Shown piece by piece: positions 47,501 through 59,600 of a stretch of DNA of 64,000 nt (position 1 is the first letter of the stretch; every line of letters begins with the position of its first letter). Made by a program: the position numbers and the translations under genes. The notes below the pieces were generated by a model. That model did no database searches. It worked only from the letters and a program-made list of their open reading frames with translations, and was not told the DNA's origin. This stretch comes from Lama glama (lineage: Eukaryota): positions 55,490,001 through 55,554,000 of the forward strand of contig CM052821.1 in the NCBI GenBank assembly GCA_028534125.1, in the 5' to 3' direction.

Positions 47501-50500
47501 GGAGGAGGGGCGCTGTCACACGTGCAGGCCCCCGATGGGGGGAGGGGGGCCCACAGGCCTGGCTGGTTGCAGAGACTCCCATGCGCCAGCTACGGCCCTG
47601 TCCCCAAGGGTGGCCCTCCATGGCCCGCTGGGACAGTGCACCTACACCCCTCCTGGACAGACGAGCAAATGGGGCCCTGAGGGGTAAGGAGTGGAGTGAG
47701 GACAGACCCCAGCAGGTGTGGCTGGTAACTGGCTGGGTGACCCGGGTCCAACCTGCGCCCCCCACCCTGCCAGGACCCACCTCCTCATCCATCACCTGGG
47801 CGCCTCCACACAAGGCCTCATTCAAGAACTGCAGGGGCTGGTTCTGTGACACCACATCATCACCGACTTCAGAACAGGAGGCCGAGGAGAGGGCAGCAGG
47901 GAAGAATGTGGATTTCCAGCGAGAACAAAGCCTCCTGAGGACACACATGTACGTGGGGAGTCCAGCCCCTCTCACGCACTACGTACATCCTCCTGCAGCG
48001 TAAATGCCACGGAGAGGACTTCTCCACCCCTGGAAACGAGCCTGAGACCCTGCCACCAGCGCGAACAGACCCCGGCCTCACGGGGCCCACCGCAGACACA
48101 GCCTGCGATCACAGGTCTCACCTGTACCAGGTCCTCGCGGGGACTGACAGACGGACACTGTGTGAGCACCCTGTGCGTGCCTACCCACCCCCTGGATGTT
48201 TCTAGAGCGTTTTCAGTCTCAAGTTTCAGTCAAAGTAGGCAAATCTGGAAGACAGCCACTTCTCAGGCCCCCCTACCAGACCCAGGTAATTCCCACTGAC
48301 TTTTTTCCTGTAGAAAAAACTGTCTTCTAACTCCACTGAAATGGGAAATTGGTCCTAGAGTTTGACGTTTGAAGGTCGTGTTCTCAAAGCTCCAGCCGGT
48401 GGTGGGCGGGGGGCACAGGCTGCAGGAACCACGGGGCGTGGGACCCCGAGGGCCCCCCCGTCCCCCGCCCACCCGAAGGCCCCAGGCCTGATCACGGGAC
48501 CCAGGCATCTTCACTCAGGGGTGCCCCACAAGTCTGGATCTTTATGTGAAATCTCCCGACTTAGTGTTGGCTACAACTTTAAAAGGAAAAAGAAAACTCA
48601 CTTGGCAAGTCAGACAAAAAAATAACCGTGGCCAAACGTCGCCCGAGGACCACCCATCGGCAGCCCCCGGGAGGACAAGCGGGGGTTACTGACCACACGG
48701 ATCCCAGGTGAGACGGTGGCACCCTCATCACAGTCGCCTCACCCGGTCCAGCCCGACACAAGGAGTTTAAAATAAACTCAGACCCCGTCCCTGGACGCGC
48801 ACCGGTGTGGCTCCCCGAGGTTCTGCGAGCTCTGGGAGGTGGCGAGGCGGCCACACCAGGCCACCTGTCTGTGAGAACAGCGAGTCCTACACACTCACCC
48901 GCAGCAGACGCCGCTTCTATGGGAAAAATCATTGTTTCTCTTGAATGTTCTATTTTTATAATGAAATTTCCATTTATTAAGTATTTCTTCTTATTGGTTT
49001 GTTTCAACAATGCAATAATTTCAAGCAAAACTCTAAGTGTATCCCAGCTATTCCCAGCCCCAAAGTTCACGATGCTCAGAGGAGGTGCCTGTCAACTGCA
49101 ATTTATTGCTACTTGACCCAATAAAATGTGACCTTTGACCCCTGTCTGCACACCAGCAGCAGCCACCACGATGTCACCAGGACGCTAGCCTGGGAGGGAA
49201 CCTGGTGTGCCTGCCCGGCACGCTGCAAGAGCCTGTCTTGTCTGTCTGTCCACCACGGAGGCTCCTGGCAGACGCCTGAGGGTGTGTTCTTGAGGAACCC
49301 TCCCGACAGCCCCCCAACTCAGACCACCCTCCTCACCCTCTTCTGACCCAGGGTCAAGCCCGGCTCGCCAGCCCACCTTCTGCCACTCCAGCCGCCCTGA
49401 CTGCTGACCAGGAGCGAGAGCGGACCCAGAGCAGAAGCAGAGGCTGGAAACCTAGCATTTCTGTGTGCAGGGACCTTCTCTACCAGACGGGAAGATGTGA
49501 GAGTTAAAGGATTCTCACCCAGAGGGCGCCTGGGCCAGATCCACCTTAGAACTTGCCAGGGCACGCGACAGTAACGTCTTCCGCTGTGACTCGGCTGCAC
49601 GGGTGAAGTGTCCTCAGGGGCCATCCTGCCCTTGAGACCCTCCACCCCCTTCGGCTCAAGAAGCTCCAGAGAGTGGGGAGCGCCACCGTGTGTCCTCGCC
49701 AGCCCAGGACGGCAAAGCCCGAGGGGAGAAGCCTAGGACTGCCACGAAGGAGCAGGCTCGGGCACTTAGAGGAAGACCCAGAACCGGGGGCAGGCGGGAC
49801 AGCATCGGGCACCTTTCTTAGAAAAAGCGGACAGTTGAGCTGTTATAAGTCAGGTTTACGTGGGAAGAGAGGTGGGGCGGGGGAGGCTGGGGGGCAAGCC
49901 AGGGTCCCACCAGGAACCCCAAGCTCTCAAGAGTCTCTGTGGGCGGAATCAGTGTCCAGCTCAGCTGAGTCTCCTTTTGAACCTTTCTAGATAATTCCAG
50001 GCACAAAACCTTTGGAATCCTTCTGCCTTAAAATATTCCAAGATGCACTTTTCTCTTAGAGGCTATTCAGTGATCAGATAGAGCGTGGGTTTACGCTGAA
50101 CTTTGAAACAAGTGAGTCACAGAGGCTTCCTTATGAGTAACCATGACAAAACCCAGGCCCTGTGCCCATGCTATCCGCCAGACTTCACTCGCTGGCCCAG
50201 CGTCACCGTGGGGCCAACACGCTCCAGACAGGGAGGCGGTGCAGGGCCAGAAACCCCTGCCCTCTGGTGACTAACAGTCGGAGGTGGGGAGACATCCGAC
50301 AAATAAAGTTGACATAAATGTTTAATCAAGCTATCCAGAGTCACAAATGCTACAGAAAAGGCTGTGGAGCAGGTTCACAGGCTGGGGGTTGGAGGGGCCC
50401 AGCAAGCTCAGCAAGGAGCCGTGCAAAGGCCCTGGGGCACAGCATCCATGTGGAGCAGGACAGGAGGAGGCTGCGGGACTACAGCAGAGTGAGTGGGGAA

Positions 50501-53500
50501 GTATCACAGAGGTGGTGCGGGGTTTGCAGGGCTTGACGCCCCCGTGGCAGATGACCACGGCAGACCCAGAGGCCACACGAGGTCACGGGTCCCTGTCCCA
50601 TCTGCCGGTCTCCCATGGATGCTCGGGGGGCCCGGGGACTGCAGCGCAGGCGGCCCTGGCCAGGGAGGAGTGGCTCCATGCGCTCACCACCTCGGACACT
50701 AATCTAAGATGCTTCTCGGGGCGTGGGCGCCTTTGCCGAATTGTTGGGTGATGAGTGGACAGAACGAGAGGTCAGGAGTGTGTTTCAGGGGACCTGGACT
50801 CCTGGTGGATGTGAGCCTAAAGCTCAGGCCCTCAGACCCTCTTCCATGGAACAGTCTCCATCAGGCCACACGGGATCCCCGGGCATCGGGGCAGACCTGC
50901 TGCAGGCCTGGCACCTTCCACCTGGGGCCCCGAGAGGCCACACAGTCCTGGGGGCTGATGGCTGGGGGGCTGGAGACGGGGCCCGGGGAGGGATGCAGCC
51001 TGTGTGCTCTGGATGGAGGCCCAGGAATCAGTGCCCTGCACGAGTCACCCTTTGTGGCCTCACAGAGTGCGCACAACGTGGCGCCCCAAGGACGGCTTCT
51101 CGAGGCGTGTGACCACGGAAGCAGCGAGATGCCAGGACTGCCGGGGCAGAGGGCTGGGAGGGCGGGGGAGGGCCTGGCTCCTCTCCACCCAGGAACGGCT
51201 GCACAAACTCACACCTGCACACGCACACACATTCACACATGCACACACATGTGTTCACTATCACACACACCTGCCCTTTGCACTGGGGTGTGGAGACAGG
51301 ATGTGGACACTAGCACTGATGTGGACACTAGCACTGCTGACAGTTCACTGGAACCCCCATGTAAAGAGACGTCATTGACACCGTTCCAGAAAGGCCAGAG
51401 TGGCTTCCCAACATGCCAGCACAGTCCTGACCACCTCATTTGTCGCCCTTTGTCCCTTCACTCTGGCCACAGCAGGGAGAGCCCAGCAGTCCTGGGGCAC
51501 CAGAGGGCCGGGCACCTGATCAAGCATGGACGGCTCTAAGGGCCCCAGCCCTGCCACCCTTGGGGCTCCGCTCCATCAGCACCTTTTGGGAAATGCCGTG
51601 GCTGCACCTGCACGGGCCCATTTCTCAGCTGGTCCATGGAACGGGGCTCTCCTTGTGTCCCCAGGCCGTGGGCTCAGCAGACAGGCTGCATTCACCCTTG
51701 ATCTGCGGACCTTGTACCCGGGAACACACAGGACACGGCCCACCTCTGAGTCACACCTGCCACACGCTCCCACCTCCAGCCTAGTGACCAAGAGGACAGA
51801 GAACTTCAGGAGCCCGTGTGGTGCCTCACCCCACTGACTGGCTCCTGCTCCTGGAACCCACTCTTCCACCACCCACCTGCTCGGAAAGGCCAGTGGGAGC
51901 TACTGAAATAAATTCTAGAACCCACATCCTCGGAGGGGGTGCACCATGGGATCCCGAGTTCCGAGCTCCAGAGCCGCCTGCCCCACCTGCTGGCTGAGAC
52001 CCCTGTGAGCCCGGGACGGCCACCTCTGAAGCAAGGACTGCACCAGGATCGCTCCGAGGGCTGTGGCGAGGGTTCCGTGGGGCAGCAAACACAGCTGTGG
52101 GCACAGGAACGCCAGCCTAACAGACGCAGCCCTCAGACTAGTTCTGAGCGGGCCGGAGCAGGCCCACGACCGCCTCTCTCCCCGACGGGGGACTCAACAG
52201 CAGAACAGAGGGACAGAGGAAAGAATCAGTGAACTAGAAGATAGGACAAAAGAAGTTACTCAAACTGAACAGAGGAAGACAGAACCAGCAACAACAACAG
52301 ATGGAGCCTCAGGGACCTGGGGATCATAGCAGCAGGCCTCACCCTGCGTCCCCGCAGGCCCGGAGTAAAGAAGGAGGGGCTGCAGAAGTGCGCGAAAAAA
52401 TAATGGCTTGAAAACTCCCCAAATTTGCAAAAGATGTAACCTCAGTTATGACTCATCCAAAGAAGTCCAACCCGAGACATGCCACCGCCTAGACCCTGGA
52501 AGCACGAACAAGTGCAAGCGCAAAGGGAAGAATCTTAAAGTCGGCGAGAGAGGAGCAACACTTCACCTCCAGGGGGAGGAAACCCGAATGACAGCGGATT
52601 TCTCCTCCAAAAGCCAAACCCAAAAACCAAAAACAAACAAATGGAAACCAGAGGGAAGTGGCACAATGTGTTCCCAGTGCTGAAGGAAAAGACCTGTCAA
52701 CCCGAATCTTACACCCAGCAAAGCTGTCCTCCAGGGTAAGGAAGAAATCGAGACATTCTTAGCTGAAGGAAAACTTAGCAAACTTGTTGCCAGCAGACCT
52801 ATCCTAAAAGAAAGGAGATAGAAAGGAAATGAGTCCCCGAACGAAAAAGAAAAAAGGAAGAAAGAACACAGTCATCAAAGATATGGGTAAATACAGTAGA
52901 ATTTCTTCCTCTTCTGGGTTTTCCAAAGTATGTTCGAGGCTTGAAAATAAAATTATAACACTAATGTGGTTCTAAGTGCACACAGAGGAAATAATTAAGG
53001 CAATCTTATTATAAAATGGAGAAAAGTGAAGTGACGTAGAGAGAGGTAAGGTTTCCACGCTTCTCTCAAGCTGGTGGGTGACAGCGCCACCAGCCGGGGC
53101 TGGGACACGCACACATGAACCGACACCCAGGGCAACCGCGGACACGCGCTCAAAGCAATACGGACATCTCACCGCAACGAGAAACCAGCCAAAAAGATTA
53201 AGATACACGGACAAGTCAGAATGGAATTCTAAAGAAATGTTTCTAAGTAATTCACAGGAAGGCGAGAAAAAGAAAATAAGAGGAATGAAAATAGAAAACC
53301 AAAAGTAAAGTGGCAGAGCTAAGCCCTAGTATATTTACATTAAAAAGACACAAAGTGGCCTAGTTGATTTAAAGAACAGGACTCAGCTCTATGAAGCCTA
53401 AAGAAACACTTCAGATCTGATGAGGTAAGCAGGCTGAAGGCGAGAGGCGGGAGGGGCTGCGTCAGTAAGCACGGCAGACGTCAGAACACACAAAATGATC

Positions 53501-56500
53501 AGAGATGGGGAGGGGGCGTCACACGGTGGGAGAAGGGTCCATCCAAAATGAAGCCGTGGCAATCCTGGACGTGTATGCACCGACCAACAGAGCAGGAAAA
53601 CACATAAAGCAAAAACTGACAGAACTCCAGGGAGAAACAGAAACGCCCACACTCGTGGTTGGAGACTTCAACACAGCTCTCTCAACAACTGACAGAGCCG
53701 CCAGACAGAAGACCAGCAAGGATACAGAAGAACTAACACCACCGTCACCCGACACGAGCCAACCGCTTCCCCAGCACCACCGGCGACAGCCCCGCGTGTT
53801 CCTTCCCGGTGCCTGTGGACACGTGCCAGGACAGACCCCATCGCTCCAGGGGCTCCTTTTGCTCTTCGGTTCATTCAAACTTGGGCTGGTGTGGGCGGGT
53901 CTGTATGAACCTGGTCAGAAGGGAACGGACTGGACCAATTCCAGTGCCTACGGCCAGTCTGCAAACAGGGCTGCTGTTCCTTGGGGGAGGCTGAAACCGC
54001 CCCTGGTCTGATGGGCTTTCTGCCTGCAGACAGTGCATGACTGGGTCAGAACCCAAATAACGTGTGTTCTCCAAATTGCAGGAGCAATTTTTCCAGGTGA
54101 CCAGATTTGTCTGCTTGCTTCAGTCAAAGTGTTTCCAGTCATCTGGATTAGCTGCTTTCATAATACAATACATTGGTATTCTTTTCTCATGAATAACAAT
54201 TTAGAGCAGGGTCAGCCAACTCCAGGCCAAATCTAGCCTTCTGGCTACTTCTGTAAATAAATGTTTTTATTGACACACGGCCACGTGCATTCATTCACAT
54301 GCTGCCTGCAGCTGCCTGCAGTGCTAAAACAGCAGAGTTGAGACGCTGTGGCCCACAAAGACTAAAATATCTGCTATCTGGTTCTTTAAGAAAGTGTTTG
54401 CTAGTTCTATTTTAGAGCAACAAATAAAAGCTAACCTTGGGATTATCTCAGAATAATTGCAGTATTTATGACCACGTTCAGCTACTGTTAACTCGTGTAA
54501 TTGGACAATCACTAAGGGACACGGAGGGCAGGACTGGTGTTTTTCTGACACCTGCTTTTGAAACCACAACACTTGGATTCTGAAAAATCTCTTCCTGAAC
54601 TAATCACATGCAAATCTGGAAAGAAGTACGTAGACAGGATTGCCATTTATTTCCTGTTCAAATACACTGAGATTTCTCCCTATCAAGATGCGCTGGTAAC
54701 TGTTTCTACGTAATCTGACTGCTGACAGGACTTCTGCCTTCACAGTGGGGCCGAAATGAGACCCATCAGGTGGGGAGTGAAACCCAGCCCCCTCGGATCT
54801 GCGGTGTTCACGCCTGGTGACTGCGCGGCGTTTGTGGGCTTCACACAAATCATTTGGCTTCCTGGCCACTTCCAATGGTTTCAGACCCACATCTCTTTGG
54901 AGAAAAGTAGAGGTGCTCAGAGAGCAAGTGACCAGCAGGACCCTGGCCCCCAGTGCTTTCCTGCCATCAGCCGCCAACCCCGCCGACCCCACAAAGGGCC
55001 CGCCCGAGCCCAGGCCTGGGCCGGTCTCCTTCCTCACATACGCAGCAATTCAGTGTTTACTCGGCACCTACTGTGTACACAGAACAATAGGAGGAACTCA
55101 GGGGGAGCGGGAAAGAGGTGCCATGAGGGGGGGTGAGTCGTCTGACACTGGACTCCTGCCCCTGAGAGAACGCAGGGTAGATAAGACACAGAGTCCAACA
55201 AAAAAGAAAGAAAAAAGACAGCAAGTAACACAAAGTACAAAGACATAAGCAGCAGAGAGGGACAAACAGCTCTGCAAACCACCAACAGAGAGATCACCGA
55301 AGGGCCAGGAACTAGAGAGCCTGGCCTTGACCGAGGGTGAGGCCCGACCGCAGGGCAGGGGAGGGGGCACACCACCAGAGAGGACCGGGGCGCAGGGGAC
55401 GGGCTGAGCGGGCTCAGGAAGAGAAGGGGGTGTGGAGTGGCCAGGGTCAGACCGTGGGGAGCCCTGAATGCAAGCCTGGCAGCACGTGAAAGAACCTTCT
55501 AGCAGGGCAAGCATCCCCACGGGACGTGGCCAGCTGCCGTCCGCGGAGGTGCGCCCAGCCAGCCGCCGGGGCAGGGCTGGGGCGCTGTGGCTCCATTAGC
55601 AGGGCTCTGAGGTGCTTCCCAAACTTCCACCCCGACAAACTGGGGTTCAGCCATCAGAGAAGGACAGTGGGGGTTGCACAGCGAGCCAGGATGGAGACGG
55701 GAAGACGAGGGGCAGGTGGTGGCGGCAGTCATCTGAACCAGCATGTGAGGGAGCTGAGACATTGTCACACAGTGGCAGGTGACCCTGGGAACCCGCAGCA
55801 GCCGGCGGGGGCACACGGGCCTGGGAGCAAGTCCAGAGCTCCAGCTGGCCGGGTTGGGTCTGAGATGCTGGCGGTCTCCAGTGGCAAACTGGGCGTCGTC
55901 GGAAACTTGGAAACAAAGCTCGGGGGAAATCAGGACAGAAGACAGAGCATTAGGAGAAATCCACATGGTGCTAATCACTGAAATCACGAAGTCAGGACAC
56001 AGTGTGAAGGTGAAGCGTAGCTTACCCTGGACCAATCTCTCATTCAGGAAACAGCACACAAACGGCAGGGACCAACCACAATCCCTAGAAATTGCTGTGT
56101 GCAAAAATCCAGACTGTTCGAGAAGATAGCTAAATCAGGTGGGGGGCAGAAAGCCAAAAAACATCAGCGGTATCTTAACAAACCCACACAGAAAACACGT
56201 CTGGAGTATGAAAGACAGTTCCTTAGACCCTAGTCTTTGTCCTTAGGACAGATGACCCAACGCAGCAAATCCACCGAACGATTCCCTTAAAATGTGTGAA
56301 TTTTACTGAGTGCAGATTACACCTCAATGAAGTTGATGTTAATAAAAATCATGTTCCAAGAGAAGGGACAGTACTACGCATATTTACAAAGACACGAGCG
56401 CTAAATATTATTCATTGCTGAAGGGTAAGGTGAGGGTGATTTTTTTTTCTGTGTTTTCCAGATTTTATTAGATCAACAGGAGTCTACTTTTGTGAGCAGA

Positions 56501-56629
56501 AAAAAAGTGTTTTAATATCTGTGTGCCTACGTTTTGCTGTGCATTGCCTAGGGGTGGTGCTGGGGACACTGTAAATACAGGGGGGACTTGCACAAGGAGC
56601 TGGCGCCCTACCCCGACCCAAGGTACCAA

Positions 56630-56669
<40 letters not shown>

Positions 56670-59600
56670 CGCCCTACCCCAACTCTAGAGGAACCTGCCT
56701 CCAGAGTCTCTCTAAGCACGTTTTCCTGCAGCCCTGGGGGTATAACCCAGATACAGTTTCAGTCTGTTTCAAGTTGAACCACCTCCTCCAGGGTGAGGAG
56801 CCTCTGTCGGGTTTCCTGTTTTCAGTCCGCTGACTTCCGACCAGGCTGGTGCCCCAGGGAGCATTCACTGACTCCCAGCTTCCTGGAAAGCAGCCCTCTT
56901 GGGGTGCAGAAAACTCCGCCCTCCCCATTCCCAGTCCTACCTTTGCTCTCGAACACCGACTCACCCCTCCGCAGAGGAAAGAGCATGTGCCTGGATGAAA
57001 AGCCAGCTCCCTTTTGTACATCACATACCTTCTGAGCAATCAATTCAAAGCTTCAGTTTTCCTGTCTGAAACAGGAGCGATGCTATCGAGAAACCCAGCG
57101 GGTCGGACATGGCAGTCACACCCAGTGCACACAGTGGCCCACCAGGTCCGTTCTTGTCTGGCCTTCTTTCAAGGTGTTTTCAATTTGCTTCTGACCCCAA
57201 CCGTCCCCTGGAGCCTGTTTCTGCACAGCCTCCCTTCCCACCCACCCTCCCCCGCCACCAGGCCACAGTCCCTCCAGGAACGTCTGGACACACCTGGGGC
57301 TGTGGCAGGGTGGGCACTGCCACTCTGAAACTCAATTAAATGCCCCAGGGACTGGTTCACGTCTCCCCTACTGATCAGACTGCCCTGGAGCATGGACTCC
57401 CCGAACTTGCGCCCAGTCCTTTGGGCCTGCAGAGGTGGGAAGAGAGCCCCAAGCTGCAGCAGCGGGGTTCCCGCACTGCTGACCCGGGGTTTTTGCATCA
57501 TGGTAGAGAGCACAGAGGGTGCTGAGAGCAGGCTACTCCCTGAGGAAGCCCACCCGTCAGGGAACCCGCGGCCCCGGCCTCTCCAGGGAGGGGAGGACCA
57601 ATCTCTCGGCATACCAGTTGGGAAGCTCCGCGTGAACCTGCAGGAAAGGGCCTTCACGATTTGTGAGAGTGAAGCAGCCACCATTCCAAGAAAGAGGGTG
57701 GGCAGCTGTGAAAGTGAGGAGCCCGCAGAAGTCAGCTGACCCAAAGTGGACCCTGCCACGCTGCACGACCCAGAATCCGGTGACTAGAAACCATAATAGT
57801 AGCCAGCCAAGGATGCCGATGCTGAAAGCAGGCCACAAGTGGCCTCCCCCCAGACGCCCCGAAGGGTGGGGTCCATCCCGCGTCCACGTGGCGGCTTAGG
57901 CCTGTGGGAGGCCACACCACCCGGTACTTAAAAGCACAGCCTCCAATCCAAATCCGGTTCAACCACTAACTGGGCCAGTTTCTTAAACTCTGTAGCTCTG
58001 TCTCTTCATCTGTAAAAGACAGGAGAGCTGCTCTGCAGGAACCCATCGAGTCTGAATGGGACATGGCACAGAAGCATGGTGGCTGCACCCAACTGCCCCA
58101 TCAAACGACACTTCCCCGTTCTTAAGCCAAGACATTGACAGGCAAGTTCAAAAGCCCTCGGGGCCAGGCCAGGCCAGGACAAATCCAGAGCTCAGGCCCT
58201 GGCATGTGGTGCCAGGAGGCTGGAGGGTGCCATCTGAGGAAGGACATTTTTTCCAAAGGGGACAACAGGAAGCTGGTAGAAGAGTAAAGCCTCAGACACC
58301 CAGCCACAGACAAGCTCCCATCTGTGTCTGGTGGTCCCGAGGCCCGAAACCAAGAGTCCAAGACCACCCTTGACCATGGCCCCACCCCCCCAAGCAGTGT
58401 CAGAAAGCAGGCCGACTGCGCCCAAAGCATGTACAAGGCATCCCAAACTCAGCACGACCACCAGAGAATCCAGATCTCCACCCCCCCCATAAGTAAAACA
58501 TTCATTCCTGCCCCTCCTGCAACTTCCATCACCACAAACTTGTAATTCACGCACCCCTCCTGCTCATTCAATCCACGCAGACCCAGCCCTGCTCCCCATC
58601 ACCCCTGCCTGGACGAGGCCAGCACCTCCTATCTGCAGTTCCTTGTCCCTCCTCTGTCCGCTCTCCTCCAAGCCTCCACAGGGGTCCTCTCACCAGGGGA
58701 CCGCATCTCAGTCCCTGCTACCCAAACAGCCCTGTTCCCCCCCACCTCTTGGCCGCACCACGCGGGCCTCCCAGCATGCACAGATCTCTCCAGGGCTCTT
58801 GTCCAACGCTGCCCTGGGACCCCCTTTGCCCCCACCCTGCAGGGCTCATCTGCTCAGACACACACTCCCCTGTGTGCTACTCTGTTTCCTGTCCTACTGG
58901 AAAATGCCCCACTGCAGCAGGGACTTCGCCACATGAACTGAGCCGAGGCAAGGAGGCCGCTGCACTCTGCCCAACAGGCCTTCAATAAAACTTGCGAAAG
59001 ACAAATGAATGAAATGGAACATGCCCACACTCGCCAGCCCTGGGCTTCCTCTGCCACAGAGGCCCCTCCTTCTCACTGTCCAAATGGGCCTTCTGTAATC
59101 CTCCTCCTCCTCCCCAGGGTCAAATGACATCTCCCTGATAAGCCTCTGTCCATCCCTCTGCCACTGGACAGCTCAGCCCCTTCTCCTTGGGGACAGAGTG
59201 TGTCCTTTTTATTTAAACTACACTTCTGCAGATCGGAGGGCCTCTGCAGGTCATGTGTCCAGCCTGTTGCATCAAACTTAACACCCCTCCTTGTCCCGCG
59301 GGGAGCACATCCCAGACAGAAGGGCATCAGCCCTTCTTTCACTTTGCAACAGGAGTTCCTGTCTCCCCTCTGGTTCCCCGCTAACAAAAAGCATCTGTCC
59401 TCGGGTTAAACTGAAACCAAGTTTGGGAGGGGAGCCACCGGCAGTCCCTCGGGGTCCATCCGTAAGCAACCTCACGATCAGTCCGGACCGTGCCCTTCAG
59501 ATAACTTGCGGGCCAGTCACAGCCATGCGGCCCCCTCCAGCCCCCTCCAGCCCTCCTCCCGGGCCGCAGACCTCCCCCGCGGTCATGACCCCGCACCTCG

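Noticed and set aside
50709-51539. 276-aa + strand ORF in CERK intron 1
   Set aside because: It runs through CA-rich low-complexity sequence and an 18-bp duplication, with no homology that I recognise.
53505-54011. 168-aa ORF with an endonuclease GDFN motif
   Set aside because: It is a fragment of a decayed L1 ORF2. Similarity ends midway and there is no RT domain.
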